Source of the DNA: Clostridia bacterium
GTDB lineage: Bacteria > Bacillota > Clostridia > Lachnospirales > Lachnospiraceae
Assembly: GCA_009929525.1 (NCBI GenBank)
Contig: SAAH01000003.1
Coordinates: 13,650-77,649 of the forward strand
DNA length: 64,000 nt
Reading direction: 5' to 3'
Of this stretch, positions 1-11,268 are shown piece after piece. The notes beneath the pieces were generated by a model. The model saw only the letters and a program-made list of their open reading frames with translations. It was not told where the DNA came from and ran no database searches. A program made the position numbers and the translations under genes. The first letter of the stretch is position 1. Every line of letters begins with the position of its first letter.

Positions 1-555
1 TCTTATACTGTAGGCTCCAGTGAATTTACGATCAATTATGCCGCTGCAAATGGTATTATCAGCCTGATGGACAATGGACATTATCACCCGACAGAAGTGG
101 TATCTGATAAGATCGCATCCATGCTGCTTTTCAATAAAAAGATTGCCCTTCATGTTACACGCCCGGTACGCTGGGACAGTGATCATGTAGTACTGTTTGA
201 TGATGAAACGAGGGAGATTGCAAAAGAAATCGTCAGAAATGATGCTCTGGACAGAGTGCTGCTTGCTCTTGACTTCTTTGATGCAAGTATCAACAGAATC
301 TCAGCGTGGACAGTTGGTATGAGAAATATGCAAAAAGCACTTTTATATGCGCTGCTGTCACCAAACGAAAAGTTGAAAAAACTACAGGATGAAAATAGGT
401 TTACTGAGCTTATGATGCTTCAAGAAGAAATAAAGACCTATCCATTTGGTGCAGTATGGGATTATTTTTGTGAGAGTAATGGGGTTCCGGTAAGGCAGGA
501 ATGGTTTGAAGAAGTGAAAAAGTATGAGGAAGAAGTGCTTTCTTTAAGAAAATAG
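1..555 (+). CDS. rhaA: L-rhamnose isomerase, C-terminal part (5' end lies upstream of the window)
   Basis: Frame 1 is open from base 1. The translation [13 protein letters not shown]...[20 protein letters not shown]...[25 protein letters not shown] tracks the C-terminal third of E. coli/Bacillus RhaA. Stop TAG 553-555, followed by a hairpin terminator. Confidence 0.9.
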   Translation, partial: SYTVGSSEFTINYAAANGIISLMDNGHYHPTEVVSDKIASMLLFNKKIALHVTRPVRWDSDHVVLFDDETREIAKEIVRNDALDRVLLALDFFDASINRISAWTVGMRNMQKALLYALLSPNEKLKKLQDENRFTELMMLQEEIKTYPFGAVWDYFCESNGVPVRQEWFEEVKKYEEEVLSLRK

Positions 556-586
556 GTACAAAAAGAAAAAATAATATGTAAATACG

Positions 587-653
587 AAAGCTGTTTTATG
601 CGTTTATTGTCAGGAATATTCTTGAAATTAACGAATAAAACAGCTTTTTATTA
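587..653 (+). terminator. intrinsic terminator after rhaA
   Basis: 12-bp stem AAAGCTGTTTTA (587-598) pairs with TAAAACAGCTTT (636-647), followed by TTTATT. Confidence 0.6.
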
Positions 654-789
654 TCATTTCATATTTTTTTAAGATTTTGTTTGTTGTATCAAATGGACAA
701 AATAGGTATAATGTATGGTATGTTAGCGTAACTTTTGGGTACTGGATTAGGATTGGACCAGTAAGGAGAATGTGGCAGGAGGATATAGT

Positions 790-2151
790 ATGGCAGGATT
801 TAAGTTGAAGGTAACACCGGAGATGGAGTCACTTACTGATGTTTGTCTTTCAAACAGTAAGATGGACGTATCTCTTTATGGAAAATACGATGTAAAAAGA
901 GGCCTTCGTGATATAAACGGAAAAGGTGTCTTGGCAGGCTTGACTCAGATTTCAGCGATCCATTCGACGGATATCGTTGATGGAAAAGTGATCCCATGCG
1001 AAGGAAGATTATATTATAGAGGATACGATATCCATGAACTGACTCAGGGTTTTTTGAAAGAAGGCAGATTTGGCTTTGAGGAAGTGGCATATCTGTTGCT
1101 TTTTGGAACATTGCCGGATGAAAAGGAACTGGCAAGCTTCCGGAGGATATTGTCAGAACAAAGATCCCTTCCGAGAAACTTTGTGCGTGATGTAGTCATG
1201 AAAGCACCAAGCAAAGACATGATAAATACACTTTCAAGAAGTGTTCTTACGTTATATGCATATGACACGAATGCCGATGATACTTCACTGCCAAACGTAC
1301 TGCGTCAGTGTCTTAACCTGATCAGCGTTTTTCCTATGCTGTCTGTATATGGATATCATGCTTATAATCATTATATCAAAGGAAAAAGTTTATATATCCA
1401 TCATCCGGATCCTAAATTGTCTGTAGCAGAGAATATACTCAGGATGCTCAGACCAGACAAGAAATATACACATCTGGAAGCTACCATTCTTGATCTTGCT
1501 CTTGTTCTTCATATGGAGCATGGCGGTGGTAATAACTCTACATTTACAACCCATGTAGTAACTTCATCTGGAACAGATACGTATTCTGCAGTAGCTGCGG
1601 CGCTTGGTTCATTGAAAGGACCAAAGCATGGCGGAGCCAACATAAAAGTAGTTAAAATGTTCGATGAGATAAAAAAAGAAGTAAAAGACTGGAATGATGA
1701 TGAAGAGGTGGGCAATTATCTTCGTAAACTTCTTAACAGAGAGGCATTTGATAAAAAAGGTCTGATCTATGGAATGGGTCATGCAGTATATTCGATTTCT
1801 GACCCGCGTGCAGAAATATTCAAAAAATTCGTTGAAAAGCTGGCAAATGAAAAAGGAAGGACAAAAGATTTTGCCCTTTATAATTCAGTAGAGAGACTTG
1901 CACCGAAGATCATAGCTGAAGAACGCCATATATATAAAGGTGTTAGTGCAAACGTAGATTTTTACAGCGGATTTGTGTATAGTATGCTGGATCTTCCAAC
2001 AGAATTATATACACCGATGTTTGCAATCGCACGTATTGTAGGATGGAGTGCACATAGGATGGAAGAGTTGATCAATATGGATAAGATCATTCGTCCGGCA
2101 TATATGAATGTAAAGAGTGTGGAGGACTATATAACTCTGGAAGAAAGATAA
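790..2151 (+). CDS. citrate synthase family enzyme (Si-type)
   Basis: Citrate-synthase signatures LVLHMEHGGGNNSTF, GLIYGMGHAVYSISDPRAEIF and VDFYSGFVY. Start placed at ATG 790 (GGAGG 778-782, 7-nt spacer) rather than GTG 772. Confidence 0.85.
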   Translation: MAGFKLKVTPEMESLTDVCLSNSKMDVSLYGKYDVKRGLRDINGKGVLAGLTQISAIHSTDIVDGKVIPCEGRLYYRGYDIHELTQGFLKEGRFGFEEVAYLLLFGTLPDEKELASFRRILSEQRSLPRNFVRDVVMKAPSKDMINTLSRSVLTLYAYDTNADDTSLPNVLRQCLNLISVFPMLSVYGYHAYNHYIKGKSLYIHHPDPKLSVAENILRMLRPDKKYTHLEATILDLALVLHMEHGGGNNSTFTTHVVTSSGTDTYSAVAAALGSLKGPKHGGANIKVVKMFDEIKKEVKDWNDDEEVGNYLRKLLNREAFDKKGLIYGMGHAVYSISDPRAEIFKKFVEKLANEKGRTKDFALYNSVERLAPKIIAEERHIYKGVSANVDFYSGFVYSMLDLPTELYTPMFAIARIVGWSAHRMEELINMDKIIRPAYMNVKSVEDYITLEER

Positions 2152-2221
2152 GAATAACCGTCCGGCTGCAGGGTCAAACGGTCATGAATCAAGACAAAGT
2201 GAGTGGGAAGAGGGAAGATCA

Positions 2222-3076
2222 ATGAATCGAGCAGGAATAGTTTTAGAAGGCGGAGCAAACAGAGGGATATTTACAGCAGGTTTACTGGATTATCTTATGG
2301 AAAAGGATTTTTATTTTCCTTATGTTGTAGGGACATCGGCTGGTGCTTGTAATGCAGTGGGATATGTTTCGCGTCAGCCGGGCAGGATGAAAAAATGCAG
2401 TATCATCACGGAGAAAAAGTACCGGTATGTGTCCCTTCATAATACGATAAAGACACATACCATACTTGATATGGATATGATGTTCCAGAAGTATCCGGAT
2501 GAGATATTCCCATTTGACTATGATACATATTTTAAGTCTGATATGCAGTGTGAGGTTGTGGTTACGAATTGCATCACAGGTAAAGCGGAATATCTTAGTG
2601 AACATTCAAATAAGAAACGCCTGATGAACATCTGCCGGGCTTCCAGCAGTATGCCGATATTTACCAAGATCGTAACGGTGGATGGCAATCCATATCTTGA
2701 TGGAGGGATTGCAGATTCTGTTCCTATCGTACACTCACTAAAGACTGGACACAGCAGAAATGTGATCGTGTTGACACGGAATAAGGGATATCGAAAGGAT
2801 GATAGTGGAAAGAAAAGCAGAATCCTTCAGATGACCTATGGAAAAACCTATCCAAATCTGGTAAAATGCATGGAGAACCGTGCGAAAATCTACAATAAAA
2901 CCATGGACTATATCGATAAATGGGAGCAGGAAGGCAAAGTTTTTGTAATAAGACCGGAGATAAAACCTGTAGGCAGGATCGAGAGAGACCTGGATCGCTT
3001 GGAAGAATTCTATCAGCATGGATATGATAAGATGGAAGAAGAATTCGAGAGAATGAAATGGTTTTTGAATAGATAA
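2222..3076 (+). CDS. patatin-like phospholipase
   Basis: GGANRG oxyanion motif, GTSAGA (GxSxG nucleophile) and DGG (YLDGGIADSVP) catalytic Asp motif. Confidence 0.85.
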   Translation: MNRAGIVLEGGANRGIFTAGLLDYLMEKDFYFPYVVGTSAGACNAVGYVSRQPGRMKKCSIITEKKYRYVSLHNTIKTHTILDMDMMFQKYPDEIFPFDYDTYFKSDMQCEVVVTNCITGKAEYLSEHSNKKRLMNICRASSSMPIFTKIVTVDGNPYLDGGIADSVPIVHSLKTGHSRNVIVLTRNKGYRKDDSGKKSRILQMTYGKTYPNLVKCMENRAKIYNKTMDYIDKWEQEGKVFVIRPEIKPVGRIERDLDRLEEFYQHGYDKMEEEFERMKWFLNR

Positions 3077-3117
3077 CGCAGAGAAATAAGGATATCATCG
3101 AGAATGGAGAACAGAAG

Positions 3118-3630
3118 ATGTTGTTTGAAACCTTTTACCCGGATTGTTGGATGGAATCAACTTACAAAATTGATTTTGAAAAATTATATCAGGAAGGATA
3201 TCGTGGATTGATATTCGACATTGATAATACACTGGTTCCTCATGGAGCTCCGGCAGACGATCGAGCAAAGGCTTTATTTGAACGCCTGAAAAAGCTGGGA
3301 TTTTCCTGTTGTCTCTTGTCAAATAATCAGATTGGCCGGGTGACGATGTTTAATAATGATGTAAATGTTAATTTTATTGAGAATGCCCATAAGCCTTCCC
3401 GAAAGAATTATTTGAAAGCGATGGAGCTTATGCATACAGAATTGTCGAATACTATTTTCATAGGTGACCAGCTTTTTACTGATGTATATGGTGCGAAAAG
3501 GTGTAGGATGAGGAATATTCTTGTGAAACCGATCAATCCAAAAGAAGAGATCCAGATTGTTTTGAAACGATATTTGGAGAAAATTGTACTCTATTTTTAC
3601 GAAAAGAACAGGAAATCTGGTCGGATTTGA
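3118..3630 (+). CDS. yqeG: YqeG-type HAD-IIIA phosphatase
   Basis: HAD motif I FDIDNTL, LLSNN and GDQLFTD motifs. The ~170-aa size is typical of YqeG. Confidence 0.75.
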   Translation: MLFETFYPDCWMESTYKIDFEKLYQEGYRGLIFDIDNTLVPHGAPADDRAKALFERLKKLGFSCCLLSNNQIGRVTMFNNDVNVNFIENAHKPSRKNYLKAMELMHTELSNTIFIGDQLFTDVYGAKRCRMRNILVKPINPKEEIQIVLKRYLEKIVLYFYEKNRKSGRI

Positions 3631-3639
3631 AAAAATAAG

Positions 3640-3668
3640 TTGAAAAATCCCTGCAGGTATTATAGAAT
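3640..3668 (+). promoter_or_regulatory. sigma-A-type promoter upstream of efp
   Basis: TTGAAA (3640-3645), 17-nt spacer, TAGAAT (3663-3668). Confidence 0.45.
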
Positions 3669-3779
3669 ATAGAATAGCCTAGATTGATTATGGGAAAAGG
3701 TAAGTGTTCAGTAAACTGCCAGATAAAGGAAATATAAGGGCAGATACTGGATCATTATAAATTAAGGAGGAATATCAAT

Positions 3780-4337
3780 ATGATTTCAGCAGGAGATTTC
3801 AGAAACGGTGTTACATTGGAAATCGATGGCAACGTTGTTCAGATTCTTGAATTTCAGCATGTAAAACCTGGTAAAGGTGCAGCTTTTGTCAGAACAAAAT
3901 TAAGAAACGTTATTAACGGTGGTGTGGTTGAGAAAACTTTCAGACCTACAGAGAAGTTCCCTCAGGCACGTATAGACAGAATAGATATGCAGTATTTGTA
4001 CGCAGACGGTGATCTGTTCAACTTCATGAACGTTGAGAATTACGAGCAGCTTGCTATCGATGCAGAGTCTGTTGGTGATGCACTGAAGTTTGTAAAAGAG
4101 AACGAAATTGTTAAAGTATGTTCTTACAACGGCAACGTATTTGCCATCGAGCCTCCACTGTTCGTAGAACTGGAGATCACAGAGACAGAGCCTGGATTCA
4201 AAGGTGATACAGCGCAGGGAGCTACAAAGCCAGCTACAGTTGAAACTGGTGCAGTAGTATATGTTCCACTGTTTGTAAACCAGGGAGATAAGATCAAAAT
4301 CGATACAAGAACAGGTGATTATCTGTCCAGAGTATAA
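3780..4337 (+). CDS. efp: translation elongation factor P
   Basis: 185 aa. [10 protein letters not shown]...[21 protein letters not shown] is the canonical EF-P N-terminus with the KPGKG loop. Strong RBS AAGGAGG. Confidence 0.95.
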   Translation: MISAGDFRNGVTLEIDGNVVQILEFQHVKPGKGAAFVRTKLRNVINGGVVEKTFRPTEKFPQARIDRIDMQYLYADGDLFNFMNVENYEQLAIDAESVGDALKFVKENEIVKVCSYNGNVFAIEPPLFVELEITETEPGFKGDTAQGATKPATVETGAVVYVPLFVNQGDKIKIDTRTGDYLSRV

Positions 4338-4384
4338 GCGTTTGGGAATATCAAACAGGAATTAGAGTCTATAAGATAAGAAGT

Positions 4385-4420
4385 GCCCTCAGAAGATGTG
4401 ATGTTTTCTGGGGGCTTTTT
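4385..4420 (+). terminator. intrinsic terminator after efp
   Basis: GCCCTCAGAA (4385-4394) pairs with TTCTGGGGGC (4406-4415), then TTTTT. Confidence 0.7.
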
Positions 4421-4594
4421 ACATCACGGGAAATTATGCTTTATGATATAAAATATTTATACATTTTCGAAATTGTTCATTTGCATATATCAATATAATG
4501 AGTTATGCTTAATAAGAAATATTCCTAAAGCACATTCGTGCATAAATCCCCCCACAAGAATATCCGAATTATCCAAATAAAAAGGAGATACGGA

Positions 4595-5497
4595 ATGAAT
4601 TATCAAAATTTTAAAATGCAGCTGATCGAGCTGGTCCAGGAAGAGATAACGTTAGAGTGTGATGATGAGGTAGAGGTAGCGCTTACCAGAGTGCCTAAAA
4701 ATAATGGCATAGTCATGGATGGAATGGTATTTTCAAAAAATGGTGAAAATGCATCACCTATTGTATATCTGGACGAATACTATGAGTTTTGGAAAAAGGG
4801 TGTAGCGATAGATCAGCTGGTGGAAAAAATCCTCTGGAACTATGGGCACTGTGAATCCCGATTGAAATTTCCGCCTGATTTTTTCAAAAATTACGAAAAG
4901 ATGAAATCTCATATATATTATAAAGTGATCAATTATGAGAAAAATAGAGAACAATTAAAGGAAATGCCTCATATACGCATACTGGATATGGCGATGGTAT
5001 TTTATTATCGTGTAGAAAATGTGGAACCGGCAGCAACGATCATGATCCAGAACAGTCATTTGAAAATGTGGAAGATCGCTCCAAAAGAATTAGAGGAAAA
5101 TGCAAGGAAGTATACATGTCTGCATCTTCCAGCAGAATTTTTGACAATGGCACAATTAGCCGGCATCGACGAAGAGATGATCGGCGAGATGGAGCGGGCT
5201 GCCGGAGTGGAGCGAGTGCCTATGTATATTCTGACAAATAAGGAAAGGCAGCTTGGTGCAGGAGCCATCTTTTATCCTGGGATATTAAAACAAGCAGAAG
5301 AATTGTTGGGAGAATCCTTTTATGTGCTGCCCAGCAGCATCCATGAATGCATTCTTGTTCCGGGAGGTGACAGATTCAGCCAGGAGGAGTTGGCCGAGAT
5401 GGTTACGGAAATCAATGAGGACCATGTAGACCCGAGAGAGGTGCTGTCAGATATGGCGTACTACTATAGGAAGGAAGATGGAAAACTCCATATCTGA
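4595..5497 (+). CDS. hypothetical protein (possibly DUF5688-like)
   Basis: Long ORF with coding-like composition. Start moved to ATG 4595 (AAAGGAGA 4581-4588). No catalytic motif recognised. The family assignment is from memory only. Confidence 0.6.
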   Translation: MNYQNFKMQLIELVQEEITLECDDEVEVALTRVPKNNGIVMDGMVFSKNGENASPIVYLDEYYEFWKKGVAIDQLVEKILWNYGHCESRLKFPPDFFKNYEKMKSHIYYKVINYEKNREQLKEMPHIRILDMAMVFYYRVENVEPAATIMIQNSHLKMWKIAPKELEENARKYTCLHLPAEFLTMAQLAGIDEEMIGEMERAAGVERVPMYILTNKERQLGAGAIFYPGILKQAEELLGESFYVLPSSIHECILVPGGDRFSQEELAEMVTEINEDHVDPREVLSDMAYYYRKEDGKLHI

Positions 5498-5547
5498 AAG
5501 AAGACTTAACCCGAGGCTGGATGCAATCTGTGACAATGGCTTTTTTC

Positions 5548-5576
5548 TTTACAAAATCTATCAAATGTGCTATAGT
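5548..5576 (+). promoter_or_regulatory. promoter for the tRNA-Arg gene
   Basis: TTTACA (5548-5553), 17-nt spacer, TGcTATAGT extended -10 (-10 hexamer at 5571-5576). The tRNA starts about 30 nt downstream. Confidence 0.5.
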
Positions 5577-5606
5577 AAGTAAGTGTGAGTGAAAAACTCA
5601 CCATAC

Positions 5607-5679
5607 GCATCTGTAGCTCAGGGGATAGAGCAATGGTTTCCGGTACCATGTGTCGGGGGTTCGAATCCCTCCAGATGCG
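5607..5679 (+). tRNA. tRNA-Arg (anticodon CCG)
   Basis: Hand-folded 73-nt cloverleaf. Acceptor GCATCTG/CAGATGC, D arm GCTC/GAGC, anticodon stem ATGGT/ACCAT with loop TTCCGGT (U33, CCG, G37), T arm GGGGG-TTCGAAT-CCCTC, discriminator G. CCA is not encoded. Confidence 0.85.
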
Positions 5680-5735
5680 TTTTCTATTATGAAAAAGCAA
5701 GGACGTTGATCATGCCCGGTAAAGGAGGTTGACAA

Positions 5736-6665
5736 ATGGATAATTTTAGAGAATGGCTGTCAGATAATCTCCGATATATTCTGCTGGGATTTTTTATTAT
5801 AGTAATTCTTTTGGTTATGTTTTTTGGAATTCGCTTCCTCTCGTCACATTTTGGCGGAGAACAGACGAAAGAAAATAATGTAACTGAGGAACAGCAGGAT
5901 AATAGCGAAGAAGATAATGACAAAGAGGCAAATCAAACCCCGGAAGAGGAGACGACTCCTGAACCTACAGTGGAAGCTGCAGCAGAGGATCCTTTGGAGA
6001 AAAATGCTTACCCAACAGTAAATGCATTAATGCAAAACTATTATACAGCTCTTGGAAACCGTGATGTGCAGACGTTGAAGACGTTTGTAGATCAGCTGGA
6101 TCCAACAGAAGAAAGTGCAATTGCAAATTCCCGGTACATAGAGGGCTACAGCAGTATAGAAGCCTATACGAAGAAAGGTCTTACAGATACTTCTTATGTG
6201 GTACTTGTGTGTTATGGACATAAATATGTGGGATATGAGACAGTACTTCCTGGTGTAAGCTGTATGTATGTTGATACGAAGGAGGATGGAAGCCTTTATA
6301 TCGTAGCAGAGCCAACACAGGAACAGCAGGACCATATCACAGAAGTGACCAATGAGCAGGATGTACAGGAACTGTTGTCAGATAAACAGCAGGAGTATGA
6401 CGAAGCACTTGCTTCAGATGAAGAACTTAGTACATATCTGTCAGAACTTGGAGTAGAGGGTTCAGCAGCTATGGAAGCGGAGACAGGTGCAACGATCACT
6501 GCAAAGTCCAATTGTAATGTGAGAGAGCAGGCATCTGCGGATTCTGATAAAGTTGGAGAACTGGTTGCCGGACAGCAGGTCACGAAGACTGGTGAAGAGG
6601 ATGACTGGATAAAGATTGAATTTGATGGCCAGGAAGGCTATGTGCGTGGAGATTTATTTCAGTAG
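5736..6665 (+). CDS. membrane-anchored protein with acidic linker and C-terminal SH3b-like domain
   Basis: N-terminal TM helix (YILLGFFIIVILLVMFFGI), an E/D/T-rich linker, and a C-terminus (ATITAKSNCNVREQASADSDKVGELVAGQQVTKTGEEDDWIKIEFDGQEGYVRGDLF) typical of bacterial SH3 domains. Confidence 0.65.
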   Translation: MDNFREWLSDNLRYILLGFFIIVILLVMFFGIRFLSSHFGGEQTKENNVTEEQQDNSEEDNDKEANQTPEEETTPEPTVEAAAEDPLEKNAYPTVNALMQNYYTALGNRDVQTLKTFVDQLDPTEESAIANSRYIEGYSSIEAYTKKGLTDTSYVVLVCYGHKYVGYETVLPGVSCMYVDTKEDGSLYIVAEPTQEQQDHITEVTNEQDVQELLSDKQQEYDEALASDEELSTYLSELGVEGSAAMEAETGATITAKSNCNVREQASADSDKVGELVAGQQVTKTGEEDDWIKIEFDGQEGYVRGDLFQ

Positions 6666-6699
6666 AAGTAATTCTGCTGGCACACGATGACGTATGATG

Positions 6700-6738
6700 G
6701 GAGTGTTGCAAGTGTGCAGCACTCCTGTTTGGTTTTAA
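6700..6738 (+). terminator. intrinsic terminator
   Basis: GGAGTGTTGC (6700-6709) pairs with GCAGCACTCC (6716-6725) with one G-U, followed by a T-rich tail. Confidence 0.6.
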
Positions 6739-6761
6739 GTCTTGAAATGAGGAGAATATAA

Positions 6762-7505
6762 GTGGAAGAAGTCAGGTTGAATAAATATCTGAGTGAAGCT
6801 GGGGTATGCTCGAGAAGAGAGGCTGATCGGCTGACTCAGGAGGGGAAAATTACCGTGGATGGTGTTACAGCCGAGCTGGGCATGAAGATATCACAAAGTT
6901 CCATAGTAAAGGTGAACGGGAAACTGGTCACAAAAGAAGAAGAGAGGATTTTGCTGGCTTTTCATAAGCCGGCAGGTATCGTATGTACGGCTGAGAAACG
7001 GGAAAAAAATAATGTGATTGATTATATCAATTATCCTAAACGTATTTTCCCTATAGGACGGCTGGATAAGGATTCGACAGGTCTCTTGCTGATGACAAAT
7101 GATGGTGAACTGGTGAATAAAATCATGCGCGCAGGGAATTATCATGAAAAGGAATATCTTGTGAGAATCAATCGTCCCGTTACAAAGGATTTTTGCCTGA
7201 AGATGGCTGAGGGAGTCTCGATATTGGATACAGTCACACGCCCATGTAAGGTGGAACAGACAGGAAAAAATGAATTTAGGATCATACTGACCCAGGGATT
7301 AAACCGGCAGATACGAAGAATGTGTGAGGCACTGGGATGTAAGGTGACCGCATTGAAGCGGGTAAGGATCATGAATATCACTTTGGGTAACTTGAAAGAG
7401 GGAACATACAGGAGTCTCTATGAGGGAGAAGAAAAAGAACTCAAAAAGCTCCTCGCAGATTCCACATCCATGTCAGTAAAAGAACGTCTTAGTATAAAAC
7501 AATAG
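6762..7505 (+). CDS. rRNA pseudouridine synthase (RsuA/RluB/RluF family) with S4 domain
   Basis: S4 motif RLNKYLSEAGVCSRREADRL and catalytic-Asp motif GRLDKDSTGLLL. GTG start 6 nt after AGGAGA. Confidence 0.88.
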   Translation: MEEVRLNKYLSEAGVCSRREADRLTQEGKITVDGVTAELGMKISQSSIVKVNGKLVTKEEERILLAFHKPAGIVCTAEKREKNNVIDYINYPKRIFPIGRLDKDSTGLLLMTNDGELVNKIMRAGNYHEKEYLVRINRPVTKDFCLKMAEGVSILDTVTRPCKVEQTGKNEFRIILTQGLNRQIRRMCEALGCKVTALKRVRIMNITLGNLKEGTYRSLYEGEEKELKKLLADSTSMSVKERLSIKQ

Positions 7506-7565
7506 ATGTATTTTTATATACAAAGGTCTGATAGAAAGAAAATGAGAAAGGTATGGCAGGCTACT

Positions 7566-9524
7566 ATGACAAGACAGGAAGCGATAGATAGAATGAAAGA
7601 ATTGTCTTCTGTTTTACAGAAGGCATCAAAGGCATATTACCAGGATGATCAGGAAATCATGGATAACAGAGAATATGATGAACTTTATGATGAACTGGTC
7701 CGTCTTGAGAAGAAAACAAATATGGTGCTCACGGGCAGCCCAACGGTGACTGTAGGCTATGAGGCAGTAGATGAACTTCCAAAAGAGACTCATGATTCTC
7801 CGATGTTGTCGTTGGATAAGACGAAGGAAAGAGAAACACTGAGGGGATTCGTAGGAGACAGAAAAACTCTGCTTTCATGGAAAATGGATGGACTGACGAT
7901 CGTGCTTACCTACAGAGATGGAAAGCTGTACAAGGCAGTCACCCGCGGAAATGGTGTGATTGGCGAGGTTGTGACTAATAATGCACGTGTCTTTGATAAC
8001 ATACCGCTTCAGATACCTTATCAGGGCGAGCTGATCCTGAGGGGAGAAGCAATTATCACATATTCTGAATTTGAAAGGATCAATAGCCAGATAGAAGATG
8101 TTGATTCAAAATATAAAAACCCAAGAAATCTGTGCAGTGGGTCCGTAAGACAGTTGAATAATGAGATAACAGCCAATAGACATGTGCGTTTTTATGCATT
8201 TGCACTGGTAAGGGCAGACCAGGTGGACTTTGATAATTCCAGAGAGAAGCAGATGGAGTGGCTTGTCGGCCAGGGCTTTGAGGTGGTTGAATATCGTGTA
8301 GTTGATATGAATACCTTAGATGAGGCGATGGATTATTTTGCACAGAAGATTCAGAAAAATGATTTTCCATCTGATGGACTTGTGGCTTTATATGATGATA
8401 TTGCCTATGGAGATTCGCTGGGAAGGACGGCCAAGTTCCCGAGAAATGCATTTGCATTCAAATGGGCAGATGAGATGGCTGAAACAACGCTCCGCGAGAT
8501 CGAATGGAGCCCATCCAGAACGGGACTTATCAATCCAGTGGCAATCTTTGACTCTGTCGAACTGGAAGGCTCCACGGTAAGTCGTGCAAGTGTGCACAAT
8601 ATCAGTATTATGAGAAAACTGGAACTTGGTATCGGAGATCACATAAAGGTCTACAAAGCCAATATGATCATCCCACAGATAGGGGAAAATCTGACAAAAA
8701 GTGGAGTACGTGATATTCCTGCAAGCTGTCCGGCATGTTCCGGTCCGGTTCATATAGAGATGGTAAATGATGTAGAATCATTATATTGCCGTAATCCAGA
8801 ATGTCCGGCAAAGGCCATCAAAGGATTTACGTTATTCGTAAGCCGTGATGCCATGAATATTGATGGACTTTCTGAAGCAACGTTGGAAAAATTTATTGCG
8901 AAAGGATTTATCCACGATTTTGGAGATATTTTTGAAATCGAAAAATATAGAGATGAAATTGTTACGATGGATGGTTTTGGAGAAAAGTCATTCCAAAATC
9001 TTATGGAGAGCCTTGAAAAAGCAAAAAAAACAGAGCTTCCGCGAGTTTTGTACGCATTGGGGATTCCTAATATAGGACTTGCCAATGCAAAAGTTATTTG
9101 CAGACAATTTGATCATGATCTGGATAAAATGCTTCAACTTACAGAGGAAGAACTTTCTGAAATCGATGGAATCGGTCCGGTGATCGCAAAAAGCTTTGTG
9201 GAGTATTTTCAAAAGGAAGGGCAGATAAAAAAGATAGAGCATCTGTTGTCTCATCTTGAACTGCAGTCTGTTGCAAAAAATGAAAATGAGCAGATCTTTC
9301 AGGGAAAGAATTTTGTTATCACTGGCAGCGTAAATCATTTTGCAAATCGAAATGAAGTAAAGGCTGAGATTGAAAAGAGAGGCGGAAAAGTGACTGGAAG
9401 TGTTACCTCAAAGACAGACTATTTGATCAATAATGATACGGCTTCTTCTTCCTCAAAGAATAAAAAAGCAAGAGAATTAGGGGTTCCGGTAATATCAGAA
9501 GATGAATTTATTCAGATGATGTAG
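7566..9524 (+). CDS. ligA: NAD-dependent DNA ligase
   Basis: Adenylation motif SWKMDGLT (KxDG), Zn finger CPACSGPV...CRNPECPAK, HhH region, and C-terminal BRCT (GKNFVITGS...). ATG 7566 is chosen by N-terminal length comparison with other LigA proteins. In-frame alternatives exist at 7506 and 7542. Confidence 0.93.
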   Translation: MTRQEAIDRMKELSSVLQKASKAYYQDDQEIMDNREYDELYDELVRLEKKTNMVLTGSPTVTVGYEAVDELPKETHDSPMLSLDKTKERETLRGFVGDRKTLLSWKMDGLTIVLTYRDGKLYKAVTRGNGVIGEVVTNNARVFDNIPLQIPYQGELILRGEAIITYSEFERINSQIEDVDSKYKNPRNLCSGSVRQLNNEITANRHVRFYAFALVRADQVDFDNSREKQMEWLVGQGFEVVEYRVVDMNTLDEAMDYFAQKIQKNDFPSDGLVALYDDIAYGDSLGRTAKFPRNAFAFKWADEMAETTLREIEWSPSRTGLINPVAIFDSVELEGSTVSRASVHNISIMRKLELGIGDHIKVYKANMIIPQIGENLTKSGVRDIPASCPACSGPVHIEMVNDVESLYCRNPECPAKAIKGFTLFVSRDAMNIDGLSEATLEKFIAKGFIHDFGDIFEIEKYRDEIVTMDGFGEKSFQNLMESLEKAKKTELPRVLYALGIPNIGLANAKVICRQFDHDLDKMLQLTEEELSEIDGIGPVIAKSFVEYFQKEGQIKKIEHLLSHLELQSVAKNENEQIFQGKNFVITGSVNHFANRNEVKAEIEKRGGKVTGSVTSKTDYLINNDTASSSSKNKKARELGVPVISEDEFIQMM

Positions 9525-9647
9525 GGGCAGAAAGCAGAATCGTTGACATTCATCGTAAATTTGATTAGAATGGTTAGTGGTGATCAGCTTCATCTGTTTC
9601 TGGGGGGAATGATCAGATACAGATAATAATGGAAGATTAGGTGAAAC

Positions 9648-11240
9648 ATGGGTAAAGTTCAAGAAATACGTGATTCAGAAAAGGGACAGCATATTGTAGA
9701 AAAAGGTAAAAAAGGGTTTTTCCATATTATATTCGGAAGAACTGGAATTATCCTTTTAATGATACTGCTTCAGATAGGAGTATTGTTCGTTGCATTTGGA
9801 AGGCTGCAGGAGTATTTGGTTTATACATATTGGTCCTTTAGCTTGCTGTCTGTGATCGCGGCGATCGTGATCATTAACAGACCGGGAAATCCTGGATTTA
9901 AGCTTGCATGGATGGTTCCGATCATGATCCTTCCTGTTTTTGGAGTTTTGTTCTATGTATTTATCGAAACCCAGCTGGGAACGAGAATGATGAATAAGAA
10001 ATTGATGGATTCATCAAAAAAAATGCAAAAATATTCAGTTCAGAATCCCCAAATATATGAAGAATTGAAAATAGAAGACCGGCAGATGGCAAATCTTTCA
10101 CATTATATTTCGACAAAAGGGGGATTTCCTACTTATAAGAATACAAATGTGAGTTATTTTCCGTTGGGAGAAAATAAGTTTGAGCAATTGATCATAGAAC
10201 TTGAAAAAGCAGAAAAATTTATCTTCATGGAGTATTTCATAGTTGCGGAAGGGCGAATGTGGGGTACGATACATGAGATTTTGAAAAGAAAAGTAAAGGA
10301 AGGGGTGGAAGTGCGGTTTATGTACGATGGAACCTGTACGATCGCATTACTTCCTCATAATTATAGAAAGAAGCTGGAGGCGGAGGGAATCTACTGTAAG
10401 ATATTCAATCCGATCAAACCGGCACTTTCAACCACTCAGAACAATCGGGACCATAGAAAAATCGTGGTGATCGATGGACATACGGCATTTACAGGCGGTG
10501 TCAATCTGGCAGATGAATATATCAATGAAAAAGAACGTTTTGGACATTGGAAAGATACAGCGGTTATGATAAAGGGTGATGCGGTGCGAAGCTTCACCTG
10601 GATGTTCCTGCAGATATGGGATATCAATATAAAAAATGAGGAGTATGAACATTATCTGGATGTCCAGCTTCCGAAGCTGGAAAAACCTGCTGAAGGATAT
10701 GTGATTCCTTACAGTGACTCGCCGCTTGATCAGGAGAGTGTAGGTGAGCTGGTTTATATGGATATTCTGAATACTGCCAGAGAGTATGTTCATATCATGT
10801 CTCCTTATCTGATCTTAGATAATGAACTGATCACTGCACTGACTTATGCGGCAAAACGTGGGGTGGATGTGAAGATCATCATGCCATTTATCCCGGACAA
10901 GGGATATGCATTTGCTCTCGGAAAAACATATTATCCGGAACTTATCCAGGCAGGTGTTAAGATATATCAATACCTTCCGGGATTTATCCATGCAAAAAGT
11001 TTTACTTCTGATGGCGAAAAAGCAGTAGTTGGAACGATCAATTTGGATTACAGGAGTCTGTATCTTCACTTTGAATGTGCCGTCTATATGTATAAAGTAA
11101 ATGAAATCGCTGAAGTCGAGAAGGATTTTCAGGAAACCTTGGAGCAGTGCAAAGAAATCACAATGGAAGAATACAAAAAGGAGAAATTAAGGACGCGTAT
11201 CTACGGAAAGATCCTGCGTCTGATCGCTCCGTTGATGTAA
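9648..11240 (+). CDS. cls: cardiolipin synthase
   Basis: Two N-terminal TM helices and two HKD motifs ([18 protein letters not shown]). Confidence 0.9.
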   Translation: MGKVQEIRDSEKGQHIVEKGKKGFFHIIFGRTGIILLMILLQIGVLFVAFGRLQEYLVYTYWSFSLLSVIAAIVIINRPGNPGFKLAWMVPIMILPVFGVLFYVFIETQLGTRMMNKKLMDSSKKMQKYSVQNPQIYEELKIEDRQMANLSHYISTKGGFPTYKNTNVSYFPLGENKFEQLIIELEKAEKFIFMEYFIVAEGRMWGTIHEILKRKVKEGVEVRFMYDGTCTIALLPHNYRKKLEAEGIYCKIFNPIKPALSTTQNNRDHRKIVVIDGHTAFTGGVNLADEYINEKERFGHWKDTAVMIKGDAVRSFTWMFLQIWDINIKNEEYEHYLDVQLPKLEKPAEGYVIPYSDSPLDQESVGELVYMDILNTAREYVHIMSPYLILDNELITALTYAAKRGVDVKIIMPFIPDKGYAFALGKTYYPELIQAGVKIYQYLPGFIHAKSFTSDGEKAVVGTINLDYRSLYLHFECAVYMYKVNEIAEVEKDFQETLEQCKEITMEEYKKEKLRTRIYGKILRLIAPLM

Positions 11241-11268
11241 ACAAAATAGCAGACAGGAGAGAAGAAAA

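Noticed and set aside
5506-5700. 64-codon - strand ORF
   Set aside because: It overlaps the tRNA-Arg gene on the opposite strand. It is an artefact of the tRNA sequence.
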